A stretch of 63,453 nucleotides of DNA, filler included, from Parasitella parasitica NRRL 2501 (GCA_025201805.1; 9 parts of 9 records of this genome joined end to end with filler, not necessarily neighbours in it); one strand, 5' to 3'; positions 49,454 through 63,052 are shown, counted from the first letter of the whole stretch. Program-made: numbers and translations. The notes: generated from the letters alone by a model not told the origin.

Positions 49454-51141
49454 ACAGCATATTTATTGTAAAATAAATTAAGGTCAACTGACCCCACACG
49501 AGAAACAGAAGAAGAAACGTGTCCAAGCTGGACAACACCAGCGACAGGCTTGAACGTCGAGATTGACTGCCCTCCTAAAAACGTAAAGAATTCATTAGTA
49601 ATGCAACTAAAAGTAGCTCCACTATCAACCAAGCCAAAGCACAATACATTTTGCACCACAATAGGAACACAAATGCAATTGGTTTTCATAGCTGGAGCCG
49701 CACTAAATCTTACGTCAAACTTACAATCCTGAGCGTTCAAAGCCGTCAAGGCAGCGGCATCATCCCTAACCGACACCATGGCCATGTCGGTTACGAGGGT
49801 AGATGCCCTGCCCTCCAGGTCACCCAGACCTTCAACATCTTCCATTGGCTCATCGAGAGCCAACGCAGAGGAAACATTATCCTCGTCAGAGGACAACAAA
49901 ACATTGTCCGCACTAGCAGACAAAACGCTAGGGCGAGCCCCAGCAGCAGCAGACAGAACAGCGAGGTTGACTGTTCTGTCAACAGAAGAGACAGAAGAAG
50001 AAGAAGGAGAAGAAGAAGAAGCCGAGGACAACACACGCAATACCTTAGCAGGCCCCTTGGATCTGATGCCCGTCTCGCAAACATGTTGGCGAGACCAGTT
50101 GTTGGAATTGCATTTCCAACAACGTTTGCCCGTTGGTCTGCCCTCAGAAACAGACGAACCAGAGCCACCAGAGCCACCAGAACCTCCAGGAGCCCACTTG
50201 GACTTCTTGCTGTCCTGACCATAATCGGCATCGCTTTGATGGCGCCTGCCGTCTTCTTCGAAGCCACGCTTACGGTTTTTCAAACCGTTAGGAACCAGAG
50301 TACCGTTCTTGGTATCCACGGAATGTGCGATACGGCGCAGAACATTGACCATGTACTCTGGGTCATAGAACTTTTTCTCAGGCACCTGAGACATTGACAC
50401 CGAAACAACATCACGGAAGGAAACAGGAAAGGCATCAAAGAGCACCGTGCAAACAACGTACGGGTCTTTGACCTCCGCCTTGACCTGGAGTTTCTTGAAT
50501 CTCTCCAAGAAAGAGTCCACGTCCTCATCGTTGCGGATACAACAGTTAAGGAAAGCACGAATCCGGGGCAAACGAAGCTGCTCTCTGGGGACCCCAAACC
50601 GCAGCACCATGGCAGCTTTCACCACCTCCCAAGTCAACGTTTCACCATACGTTTGTTTTTCGAAATCGTGAAGCCATTCACGGAGTGTGGCACCGAGACA
50701 ACGAGGCAACAAGCGAGACCAATGGACATCAAAGTCCAAACCATGGCTTTGAAGAACGTCTTCAAAACGCAACAAACAGGCATCCAGATCCGCAAAAACA
50801 GTTAACTTACTGTCCGAGACAGTACCTTCCCATTGGAAATAGGGCAAACCACCCGGAACCAAGAACATGCTGCCACCAGCAACAGAAGAACCAGCAGAAG
50901 AAGACACAGGAACAGACAAGACAGGACCAGTCAAGCCAACCAGCTCACGCAGCTCCTTGAGCCTAGCAGTCTTGACCTTGAAATCCTCCACCCAAGGATC
51001 AACCTCGGCAGCAGGCGTGCTACCAGCAGTAGCAATCTTGACAGCCAAAGTATTAAGCTCTGTTTGAAGAGCAGCAAGAGCTTCATCGAAACCCATAGAA
51101 ACATGAGAAGCAGAACCAGATTGAGAAGTAGGAGTAGACAT
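49454..51141 (-). mobile_element. LTR retrotransposon (Ty3/Gypsy-like) gag-protease ORF, partial
   Basis: Capsid-like region (TWEVVKAAMVLRFG...DVDSFLERF), knuckle CWKC...HVC, aspartic protease LVDSGAT. Confidence 0.85.
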
Positions 51142-51249
51142 AGTAAAAANNNNNNNNNNNNNNNNNNNNNNNNNNNNNNNNNNNNNNNNNNNNTTAATTA
51201 ATTAANNNNNNNNNNNNNNNNNNNNNNNNNNNNNNNNNNNNNNNNNNNN

Positions 51250-53417
51250 TCCATGATATTCAAGTGTTTTTGGGTCTTACCAATTTCTATCGTCGGTTCA
51301 TCAAGAACTACTCGAAAATCTGCATTCCCCTCACGGCTCTATTAAAGAAAGATACCCCATATGTCTGGTCTCCCGAAGCTGCCACCGCGTTTAATGCACT
51401 CAAGACTGCTATTGTTTCAGACCCTGTCCTCCGCCATTATGATCCCAAGTTACCATGTCTTATTGAGACCGACGCCTCCGATTTTGCTTTAGGTGCTGTA
51501 TGCAGTCAAGTAGATTCATTCGATATTCCGCATCCCATCGCTTTTTTCTCTCGCAAGTTACTACCTGCCGAGCAAAATTATCAAATCTACGACAAGGAGC
51601 TTTTAGCTATCATTGCTGCATTCAAACACTGGCGCCCTTACTTAGAATTCTCTCATGAACCAACAATTGTTCTTACAGACCACAAAAATTTAGAATATTT
51701 CACGACCACGCGTAGTCTTAGCCGCCGACAAGTCCGTTGGGCTGAAATTCTGTCTGATTACAACTTTGTAATACATTATCGACCTGGCAAACACAACGGC
51801 GCAGCTGATGCTTTGTCCCGCCGAGACAAACCCGTTAAAGAGGGAGGTGAGCCCCTCAGTAGAACCTCCATGACACTTATTGATCCCAAGAAATTTATAT
51901 TAAATACCATGACTCAAGTACCATTGCAACCCGAAGTTGACAACATCAAGAACAAAATTAGTGAAGAACTACCTAATGACTCATTCTTTGGTCAGTATTG
52001 GAAGCTAGCCAAACTCACGCCTGATAGTCCCGACTTACCTAGTAACTACACCGTAAACGAAAACATTCTCTTTCATGATGGTCGAATTTGTGTGCCTGAC
52101 AATCAAGACATTAAGAAGAAAATTTTAGAAGAATGCCATGATTCCCCCACCGCTGGACATTTTGGAATTTCGAAAACCTACGACCAAGTATCTAGAAACT
52201 ATTATTGGCCAAGTCTTCGGAAGTACATCAAGGATTACGTTCTCGGTTGTGACACGTGCGCACGCAACAAGAATCATCACCACAAGCCTTACGGATTGTT
52301 GTCCAGTCTGCCGATTCCTGATGCACCATGGACCTCTATCTCTGTAGACTTTATCACACAGCTACCTCCATCCAATAACTATACTGCAATCTGCGTCTTT
52401 GTGGACCGTTTCTCCAAAATGGCACTATTTGCCCCTACACACAATCAAGTTGATGCCGAAGGCACTGTCAAACTGTTTTTTAATCATGTATTCTGCTTAT
52501 TTGGTCTCCCCCAAGATATTGTATCAGATCGGGGTGTCACTTTCACTTCCAAGTTTACACAAGCCATTCTCAAAAGTCTCAATGTCAAACAGAAGTTATC
52601 AACTGCTTTCCACCCCCAAACAGATGGACAAACTGAGCGTGTAAACTCTACACTGGAACAATACCTTAGATGTTATATCAACCATCAACAATCCGATTGG
52701 AGTGATCACTTACCAATGGCCCAATTCGCATACAACAACGCTAAGCACTCATCCACTGATAACACACCATTTTTTGCGGTTTATGGATACCATCCACGTC
52801 TCTCTGTCATCTTGCCACGAACTAATAAAGATATCACGCCTGCAGACCAACGAATTACCCAGCTACACAACCTCCATGATGAAATGAACTTTCATATTGC
52901 CCACGCTCAAGAAAACCATGCCAAGTTTTACAACAAAAAGGTCTCTCAAGGTCCCAAGTTTAATATTGGAGATAAGGTCTGGCTCTCATCCAAAAACATC
53001 AAGTCGCAACGCCCTACTGCGAAACTCGACTACAAACGTTTGGGTCCTTTTAAAGTCATTTCAAAAGTCGGCTCTCGATCTTACAAACTGGAATTACCCT
53101 CTACCATGCGCATTCACCCCGTTTTTCATGTTAATTTACTCGAACCACACCAAGCAGACCCAATCCCTGGTCGTCCACCTCAGCCAATGCCACCTATAGT
53201 CGTGAATGACCATTTAGAGTATGAAGTTGAGGACATCATTGATTCTCGCATCAAAAGAAACCAGTTACAGTACTTTGTCCATTGGCGAGGTTATACTACC
53301 ATGGACCGCACTTGGGAATCAGCCAAAAATCTTAGAAATTCTCAGGAGCTCATCAAGAAATTCCACGCCAAGTATCCACATCGTCCACATCCTAGTCATC
53401 ACGGAGCTCGACCGTAA
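51250..53417 (+). mobile_element. Chromovirus (Ty3/Gypsy) pol 3' part: RT thumb, RNase H, integrase, chromodomain
   Basis: FLGLTNFYRRFI, ETDASDFALGA, YDKELLAI, HHCC zinc finger, VDFIT/SDRG/QTDGQTERVN, GPF motif, chromodomain YEVEDIIDSR...YFVHWRGY...TWE; ORF intact. Confidence 0.97.
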
Positions 53418-53772
53418 AGAGGGAGGTCATGTCATGAACCATGCTCAAGTATCTCAAGTATCTCCCAAGTATCTCCCAAGTATCTCAAGTATCTCAAGTA
53501 TCTCAGTAACTCACGTCATCAAGTAACTCACGTCATCAAGTAACTCACGCCATCAAGTAACTCACGTCATCAAGTCTAGAACATCTGAAGTTTAGGTTAA
53601 CCCATAAACCTATTTATAGTCTGTCGGCACCTAACTCCGTGTCTCACCATGATAAGGATTAGTCATTGAGATTACTAATCCTTCCTCACGTAATAATGAC
53701 TAAGCAACGTTTCCCATGCTAATGTCGCGGACATGATGTCCGCACTCATGTCTCCAAAAAGTATAAATAGTC
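53415..53772 (+). mobile_element. Polypurine tract and 3' LTR (starts TGTCATG at 53430; cut by contig end)
   Basis: AAAGAGGGAGG just before TG; internal tandem repeats; TATAAATA near the end. Confidence 0.85.
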
Positions 53773-54250
53773 NNNNNNNNNNNNNNNNNNNNNNNNNNNN
53801 NNNNNNNNNNNNNNNNTTAATTAATTAANNNNNNNNNNNNNNNNNNNNNNNNNNNNNNNNNNNNNNNNNNNNTTAGCCTCACAAAAATGTCCAAAACAAT
53901 TCAAAAAAGTGGGCGGAGTTTTCAAAAATTCGGTAAATTGGGAGTGGAAGCACAGTACTGTAATCTAGTATAAAAAGATGGCATTTTCTTATCAATAAAG
54001 TCATTAGTTTTTGTGTCTGATTTTATTTTCATAAAGCTATACATTTTTTTTGAGCAGATCATATTTATATATCCTCTGCGCATAACATCTTTATGTCATC
54101 AATTGTCATTGCCAATGATACCGTTGTCTTGCAAGTGTCTCGAGCATTCGACTTTGCGGTTTGAGCCGTCATTTTTATGTAGACTATGCTTAATACCCTC
54201 TGTTTATCCCTTTTTCTATGAATATATCCTCTACCTCTGTCTGTCTATAG

Positions 54251-54730
54251 TGTTGTGCCAGGTCTTGAAATTGAGCACAGCAGGTGATTGTATATGATAT
54301 AAAAATACAAGAATGTAATAAAGACTTTGTTTACCAGATACAAAACTATTGATTTATTGATTGACAAGAAGCTGTCTATTTATATTAGAATAAATCTATC
54401 TAAATCAATCTATAAAATACAATCAGGTCATGTTTGACATTTAATTGTCAAACAAGATTATAACACAGTAGTAGTCAGAGCAAGACCTATTTCTATATTT
54501 AATCAGCTAATCGTTATGAATGCGAATCATTCATCGATAAGTTGAGCTTCGCAATTTAGAATAAGTAGAACCCAAATAGATGGTTTCTTATACAAGACAT
54601 TCTATTGAATACTTCTATTTACTAGATAGAATAATCGATGTATGCCATTTAACCTTAGATCCGATTAGGAACGGTTGCCATGACAGCTGAGTTGAAATAG
54701 TGGTAACCATGGTATTCTATGTATACAACA
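54251..54730 (-). mobile_element. Solo LTR (480 bp) with 5-bp TSD TATAG
   Basis: TGTTG...CAACA; TATAG at 54246-54250 and 54731-54735; near-identical to 43568-44043. Confidence 0.93.
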
Positions 54731-55076
54731 TATAGCCATTTTATTTCGATGATTTTAATTAATTAAAAAAAAACGTTATTACTCGGCTCGCAACAACTTT
54801 TTTTTTTACATTTTTCATGATTTTAATGTATTGATTTCTCAACAATTTAGTGATTTCATGATATACTCTAAAAAAACAAAATATAAAGCTTGGTAACTTA
54901 CCTGATCGATGCTTCCCTGATTGCATTATTGGCTTTTGATGATGTCATTGGTCACCAATATATAGACACTTTGTTTCGACATTTTTCCCAATACTTGTAA
55001 GAATGCAAAAAAAACCCTTTGAAGTGACTTTTATCCACACTTTTACAGGCTTCCATAATTCTTTTTGATAAAGTGT

Positions 55077-58000
55077 ATGGCTTCCTCCGCTAATAAAACA
55101 AAAGGCACCTTTAAGGGCCCGATATCATATCAACAAAACAAAAAATCATGGTCTGAAGTGATTGCTGGTGGCTCACACATGAACTCGAGCGTCATGTCTG
55201 CCTCATCAACCCCCCAGCCCTTAGGTGAACTTGATCAACTCACCTCCAGCGCTGCTAGCCCCACTCCTGTTGATCACTTTATGAGCAAAATCACTCGCCC
55301 CTTCTTGACAGGAACCTTAGTCAATTCTATTGTCATTGACATCACCTCCGTTCAGGACAACAACAAGGAATTCATTCAAGGACTTGGCAACATACTGCCA
55401 GGGCTCCACCCATTTGTATGCAGTGTCTGATAGAATTCTGAAGGATAACAACCGGTTATACGCCGAAATAGTGGTCTCGTCGAAGACCCTTCATTTCAAT
55501 TGAAAAATTTTAATGAGCCATTTATGGCTTATCCTTCACTTTCCCCCTCCGCCAGTATTGTCAAGTTGTCTTTGACCAGATTACCTGGTGAATAAGGTAG
55601 CGAGGATGGCCTGATCAAACTCCGTGCAGACATACACTCCAACCTGCATCCTTTTGGTAACTTGATCGACTGTGGTTTCGTTACCGGTGCTAGTGGCATT
55701 TACGCTGGTGGTGGATATGCTGTATTATCTGTCGATAAAGACACACATAAGCCATTGGAACACTCTTTGAACTGGGCTTACCACCCTCTTGACTACTCCT
55801 CTCCTCAAGATGGCACCTTGTTGACTGAGCGAGACCATGTCCTAGCCTTTGCTACATGGGCTTCCATGCCTCCATTCTGCAAATATTGCCACTCAATGGA
55901 CCATGCATTGCTCAATTGCGAACTTCGTAAGAAGAAACTCACTTGCGGCCTTTGTCATAAGCCTGGACACCACCAACGTGGATGTCCTCGTCGCAATGAG
56001 GCATCTACCAAATCTGGGAAGAAACGTAAAGTTTCTTCGGGTCAACAGAAAAAAGAGATTCTTAAATCATCTTCCACTTCTTCCTCGCCGAATCAGACGG
56101 CCGTTCCTCAGGCTGTTACTACTGCACACGCTGCTGATGACCCCAGAGCTAATGCCAAAGTAAAAGCTGCTGGTGACCCCAGAGCTACTGATAAGCCCCC
56201 AGCTGCCGTTAACCACCACAAAACTAATGATAAAACCCTAGCTGTCGTTGATGCTAAAGCTGTTGTCGGTGCTACTAACGCTTCGACACTTTTTTCTCAT
56301 CATCGTAACACTAGGTCCTCCTCTGGCTCCTTACCTGAGGTGGTTACACCTGCACCATCTTTTCCTGATGTTTGTAAACATTGTAACTTGCCTGGTCATA
56401 AACGGACCTCTCACAATGCTTGTTTGAAGAATCCAAAGAATCTTCAACAACAACGCCAAAAGGCCGAAGATGAGGATATCGAATTTCCTGAATTCTCTAC
56501 CGACAAAGCTACTGAAATTTTATCTGACGATGATGAATCTGGTTCTGCTCCTATGCAGGATTAATCTTATTTTTCTTTAAAAAAAAAAAAAAACTAACTA
56601 AGGAAAAATGAGTTTATTGGATCCTATTTCTAATATCGATACAATTGATTCATCTAAAACTACGGCAAATTATACTCAACCATCTCTGAACCCCCCGGAC
56701 ACCTCCTCTTTTGTTAAACTGAACATTGGATCTCTCAACTATCGAGGCCTGACCAAGACAGTAGCTACATTCACTCGTTCTCAGTTTATACGTTATTTAA
56801 GGACTCGTTCTCTTGATTTACTTGCACTTCAAGAAACGCACGCCTCCTCGTCTTCCATACAAGATATGTTCCGCTCACAATTTCAGGCCAATTCCAGCAT
56901 CTGATCTCCACATTGTGGGCTGGTTTTTTTTTCTTCTGATATTTCCATAACAAACTCTGTCGTTAGCATCTGCGAGCGGATCATATCGGCAACGATATCG
57001 CATTCTTTTGACGCATTTGAACCGTTTTCTATAACGGTCGTGTATTTTCCAGCCTCTAGATCTGAACGATTCAGCTTCTTGTCCAATATCCTCACTGACT
57101 TGAACTCGGTGCTTTCTTCGTCTCCTTCACGATCGATCATTTTGGGTGATTTTAATTATACCTATTCAAATGTATCTTCGTCTCGGACTCGTCAGGCTCC
57201 TCAAGTTTGATTAAAATATATTGAAGAACATTTTCTCAACGGTGTCACCCCGCCTGAAAATCCTTCTGTCGGTTTTCGCCTATTAATTGAAGGTTGAATC
57301 TCATCTCAATTTTAATATTGACACTGACATTCAAATAGAATTGTATAAAGACTTTTAGAAACCAGGACCAGAGCAATCCTGGCTTCCTTTTCAATCTTTA
57401 ATAAAGACCCTACGTTCTCCGTGATACAATCGCTTGTAGTCTCTTTATTTAATTGTCTTTGGAAATAATCGTTATTCATATAACTCTCACCTTCTTCTGT
57501 TACTTTCCAGCGAGGACCTTCTCAATCCTGCATTGATTATATTATGTTGTCATATGATTTGACTTCGTCAGTCGCCTTTGATCATTGTCATACAGTACAT
57601 CGTACAAACAACCTGCCTGGTCGGATCACTTTTTGATCTCCTCACAATTACGGTTATATCCCTTTTCGGATGATTCATCTGCTTCCTCAGTTGATAAAGG
57701 TTTATGGAGAGCTCACCCTCACCTCGCTCGTATCCCTCTTTTTAAAAAACAGCTATATAAAGCTCTCTCTAAACGTCTTGGCACATTCGATGTACAGTAT
57801 CTTTAACAGCTGCTCAGAAATATGGGAACAACAGTTGAAACTAACCCTTGCTCATGTTGCAAAGTCGTTTTCTAGACGTCAGACATACACCTTGTCGCGT
57901 GCTGAAGACCTCCTTCACAAAAAGCGCTCAGGTTTGACCCAAAAGTTAAACGCGGATCTCTCTCTTCATCCAGTCCTGGACCCACAATTGAAAATTGTCG

Positions 58001-58190
58001 AGGCCCAACTAGCTTCACTGCAATTGTACCACGTTGATACCTTGGCATTACGCTCTGACATTGGTTGGCGTGAACAGCCAGGGCGAGACAGCGGCCGGCT
58101 TTTTGAAACGTTCTATACACTCGAGAGCCTCCAAGAAGCTGATTCCACCGTTGATTCATCCCACTCAGTAGTTGTAGTGCATAATCGTAT
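55077..58190 (+). mobile_element. Degenerate LINE: ORF1 with CCHC knuckles (55077-56564) and ORF2 APE endonuclease (56608-~58190)
   Basis: CKYCHSMDHALLNC, CGLCHKPGHHQRGC; IGSLNYRGL, LALQETH, ILGDFN, SCIDY, WSDH; multiple stops and frameshifts. Confidence 0.9.
57267..57489 (+). mobile_element. Short solo LTR (223 bp) with 5-bp TSD CCTTC, inserted in LINE ORF2
   Basis: TG...CA ends; CCTTC at 57262-57266 and 57490-57494; TATAAA and AATAAA inside. Confidence 0.85.
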
Positions 58191-58911
58191 CTAGCTGCAC
58201 TGCAAGAAGAAAAATGAGATGCACGGCATTAATGATGATAAACATGATGCTTTTCTTTTCGAAATGTTTATCCATTTTATCTTCTCGTCAAAAAAAATAT
58301 TCTCTACGTTTATTCCATTAAAACATTCCAAAATTAAGTTGACAACCTACTTCACCCCCAAAATCATAGGAAACAAACAGAGAGGATTTATTTCAGTTGA
58401 CATGAGTTTTTAATCATCATTAAAAATAGTAAAACTATGGATGTGATCAACATATTGATGTCATAGATTGTTTGGTCGACTTCATGCGTTTCTTGTATCT
58501 ACTCAGGATATAAGGTGTTTTTGCTGTGAAACTAAAACATCAAAAATTGCAAGAGCAAAAACATTTGGGATAGGAAAAAGCCTAATAACGTAAATATATA
58601 GTTCGATACAGAATTTAAAGCCTGACAAAAAACATCTAACAAAAATATGCAACGTAATACTTTTTATTTTGCAGATATTAGCGCAAGTTGCAATGGCAAC
58701 ATATTTCTGAGCTCGAATTTATCATTGTGAATATAGGCCTTTAGCAGTGAAGCACCTATTTGAATTGAGGAGCAAAGCATGAACTTCATAAACGATATCG
58801 TTAAATGTTTTTATATACATCAGTAGCCAAGATGCTTTAAATTATGACTTGAAAAGCTATTTTTATGTAGCTTTATGTTTTGGTTAAAATAATTGCCGCC
58901 TAATCATGACC

Positions 58912-60706
58912 ATTACCTTTTTCCCCGCTTAAAAGCATAATCTACAATCTCTGATATCTTTACAAACTATTAAGCGATATAGAAACAACCTTCAGCTAAA
59001 ATATTCTTTTTTTGCAGCATTCTACAACATATCCAAGTTTTATGCATCTATGGTCACTTTTCAACTTTAGGTCAACCTTCAGGATCATTTTTAGGTATGG
59101 ATTTGGGGTCCAACCCAACTATACATCCAAAAACTGGCTTATAACTGTATCTCACTACGTTTTCAGATTTTCGATATCTATCTTTGCTGTCAAGATATTC
59201 CCAAAACCAAATTTTGCAGATTTTCAAAATTTCACAGCATATGGTTCTATAACAAGTACCAAATTTTGCAATTAAATCATGTTTCAGTTCTTAAGTAAAG
59301 TAGTAGGGCACGTTTCAGTACACCTACTGATAATAAACATGTCGTTGTGTAGCTTGAATTCGTCAAGCTTGAGCTAGTTTTGTCTTTTTACGTTAAACTT
59401 TGTCCCCCTTTTTCTCAACAAACCACTATGATAACTTGGCCTAAGTAATTACTAAAATATTTTTAAAACTTGGTTCTCTCCTATTTGTATTAGTGTTAGA
59501 TAGATACGTCGAAAAAATATTTTTTCAAAGGTTTTTAGCAGAGGCTTCATTTATTTTCATACCTTTCAAAGCAAAAAATGGTATTTAAAAATACAGGATA
59601 TGTCAATACAACAGTGAGCTAAAAGAATAGCTACGGAATGGTTTTTGTTTGGTCAAAAAATACAAATTTTTGGGCGAGAAAATCTCGAAAAACGGAATTG
59701 ATTTTTACCCTTTTGAATGGCTTCATTTTGGGCCTGTAAACATAGGGCCGAAAAATTGTAGGTTCATTTTGTTCGAGACTAGATTTTAATTTTTGACAGA
59801 TATAATAGAGCTACAGAAGTGAACAAGATATTGATGTGTAGGCATTGAGGTGATGGTTTGTTTGGTCAACTTTATTGAGCTGAATATTCTCAACGTATGC
59901 TCGATTTTACTCAAAAACTATCAAAAAAGGCGTTTTTTGAATATTTACAAATTGGTATTAAGAAAAGGTGTTTCTATAGCGTTGTAATCTATATGGTTAA
60001 ATGCAGAATTTTTTTTTTTGTCATAAAACACTTAGTACGCATATTCGATATACCTATTGCGTTTATGAGATATTTAGCAATGAACTATACGAAAAAAAGC
60101 TCGAAACTGGTTTAGGTCAAATGTAAACACAGTGCTGAGATTCAATCTACAGCCTCTTTTTTTTTTTTTTCGCTGTAAATGAGTGCAACAACTATTTTCA
60201 ATTGAAGAGCAAAGTATAGTTCTAATAGGTACCATGCGTATGTATCCATATGAATCGATAGCTGATATACGGCATAATATGGGCTAAAAAACCATTTTTG
60301 TATACCTTTATTTTTGGATGAAATAAACACCAGCAAATCTGAAATATTACCTCTTTTCCTGCTTAAACACATAACTTGCAATCACTGATGTCTTTGCAAA
60401 CTAGTAAGCGATGGAGACACAATTTTCAGCCAAAATATTTCCCGTATGAACTATTCTACAATATATTCAATTCTCAAACATTTCTGACCATGATTCGGAT
60501 TCTGCGATGTTTGGACCCCAAACCTCATATTCGATTTTCAATTTTCAACTTCGGGGCAATCTTTAGGGTCATTTTTAGGTACGATTTTGGGGTCCAAGGC
60601 AAGTATACATCCAAGTAATAGTACAATAACTGTACGTCACCACGCTCTCTGAATGCCAATATCTATCTTAGTTGTCGAGATACTGCCAAAACAAGATTTT
60701 GCAGAT
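58912..60706. repeat. Diverged direct repeat pair (58912-59221 vs 60346-60706) in non-coding AT-rich DNA
   Basis: Shared colinear blocks such as TCATTTTTAGGTA, TTTGGGGTCCAA, TATACATCCAA, ATATCTATCTT, ATTTTGCAGAT. Confidence 0.75.
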
Positions 60707-60957
60707 ATATTTTATAGCAAGCTATACGGATAATGATTAAGCAAGATTAGGCTTTGGTATACAGTAAATAGAGAAGATATTATTCAGAAAGTTTTTATCA
60801 CGTTAAAATAACACAGTTACACAACATTTTGCTCTGCGCTTTACTGTATATGGGGAANNNNNNNNNNNNNNNNNNNNNNNNNNNNNNNNNNNNNNNNNNN
60901 NTTAATTAATTAANNNNNNNNNNNNNNNNNNNNNNNNNNNNNNNNNNNNNNNNNNNN

Positions 60958-61845
60958 TATAGTATAAATCTGTATTGCACATCTTATTATCTGTGCGCAT
61001 ATGTAGTTTATATCAATTTAAGGTAATAACTGAATGAATCTAGAAGTGGAATGCAGATCATCATAGTGAATGTATTTCACAAATGTACTGTTCCAAGTTT
61101 TTGCAGTTGTCCAGTTTGAGCTTTTTCAGGCTTGAGATAGCATCTCGCTTTTGTTGTTCGGCCGAAATATTGTATTTGGCCTTCAACTTCTCAGTGAAGT
61201 TGTCCCAATTCAAATGAGGTTCATCTTGTATGAGTTGACAAGTCCAACCAGCCATGCCCGTAGACATCTGGGGTTTAATCAAGCGGTACCAGTGTGCATA
61301 TTCAAATCCAATTGATACTGTTCCAGCACATTTTTGAAATTGAGGAGACAGTCATCAAGAGTACGACGCACTAAAGGTTGATTGTTCATTTTGTGTCCCT
61401 TCCACTGGATTAATGGCAGGTTGGGAGGAACAACAAAGGTGTTGCCAGTATCACTAGCCTTGTTGTTACAAACGGAAGCAAAATCCTTGAACAAGAGATC
61501 ATAATTTGCTTCACCCTCTTTCAACAGCTTCCTAAGAGTCTTACTTTTCTCTTGGAGAGCATCGTTGAGAGGATGCTGCATTGCCAATTTCGCAGCTCTG
61601 CACAGCTTAGACTGGAGCTTGGCTATCTTCTGCAAGAGCTCCTCTTGGTGCTTCTTGCTCAAGGGTTCGAAATGATCATCATCGTTGAGATCTAATTCGC
61701 TACTATCAGGCATGATAGTAGCGCGATCGGAAAGAGCGTCTTCGCTCAATTCCCGGTCTCTTTCAGCTAATTCCTCACGCAGAGCGTTTACATCGCTCGA
61801 TGCAATTTTATTAACCGTTGCCTGTCTTGGAGACAGAGCAACTTG
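60958..61845 (-). pseudogene. Degenerate Gypsy-like gag related to 49454-51141
   Basis: FVVPPNLPLIQWKG...LDDCLLNFKNVLEQYQLD parallels FLVPGGLPYFQWEG...LDACLLRFEDVLQSHGLD; frameshifted. Confidence 0.75.
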
Positions 61846-63052
61846 NNNNNNNNNNGGTACCTTTTATTATAAGGTTTATTACACAATATAATTTGAGGGG
61901 TCTCTTCTGAGGGTAATTATAGACTGTGATTTCTAGTTTAATAAACTGTATGAACCTGATAATTTTTACCAATTGCAGTTGTTGGTAAAAATGAGAGAAG
62001 GGTAGATAACAGCGAGGAGGGTGAGATTTATATGCGTATGATGGTGGTAGTTCGCACCAGATATTAGCAGTAGACTTTCTTTTAATGTCAACGTCTAGTA
62101 CTGTATACGTGGCGCTAATCCCTAAGGATACCCCCTATATACCACAACTTTAGTAATTCGTAAAAACACCATTATTTTATTATATAAGATTATATAAGAT
62201 TTTCTTCTTTTTCAAAGGTGACTTTCACCAAAAAAAATTAACTTTCATCTTTTTGAATGCGAAATCCTGTATATAGTCTTATCCAGTCTATATTAATAGT
62301 ACATGTCTGAGTGTATATCAATTGGTATTCATCTTAGCATATATCGGTATATGTAGCATGTCTATAACATATCATAAGCATATCTATAGAATTACACATA
62401 TTGTACAAGTCAGCAGTACATGATGTATCTGTAGCTAGTATCATGGATATAAGTATATGTCTTGTAGTGCGTATCTAGAAACTGGGAATACGCATCTGAA
62501 GCATAGATCTTATATAGCATAAGCTCGTNNNNNNNNNNTATACACATTCATTACACTAGGGTTCTACTGTCTAGCTGCATAATGTAAATCATGACTACCC
62601 ATGATTTACTGTAAGACCCTGGGACTGATCTGAGATCCTGATGTGAGACTTTGCCATGTTATTGATATATAAGACTTATCTGACCCCATTAAGCCGAGGA
62701 CATGCCCGAGGACTCCTGCTTAAAAGTGTCCCGATGACAATAAATAACTCCTACAAATAAGGCTATTTAATTGGCCATGATCCATCTTTACTGTCCTGAG
62801 TGTGTTTGTTGTGAGTGTTTGTTTAATTTTTGGCATTTTGTGATTCAAAGTATACATTTCACATTCAAGCTATTAGATATAAGACAAACCTTTGAGTAAG
62901 ACATCCTTGACACATTTTTTTTACTGTAATACGCCGGTTTTGACTTAAAAACATACTTAAGTTCCATCTTCGAATATAAATACTGCTGAAGTACACATAA
63001 AAGTTTAAATATATAGTACCTAAAATTTTAATTATCTCAGTAACAAGCAAAA

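Noticed and set aside
49651-50397. 248-aa antisense ORF and similar shadow ORFs opposite real genes
   Set aside because: Expected antisense shadows of GC-richer coding sequence; no recognisable motifs.
49454-53772. gag-protease next to pol as one LTR element
   Set aside because: They are on opposite strands and on separate contigs joined by a linker; no evidence they belong together.
28409-60957. Recurrent palindromic TTAATTAATTAA flanked by Ns (8 copies)
   Set aside because: Artificial concatenation linker with six-frame stops, not biological.
62549-62863. Possible LTR ending ...TTTCACA
   Set aside because: The 5' end abuts an N gap; no TSD or second copy to support it.
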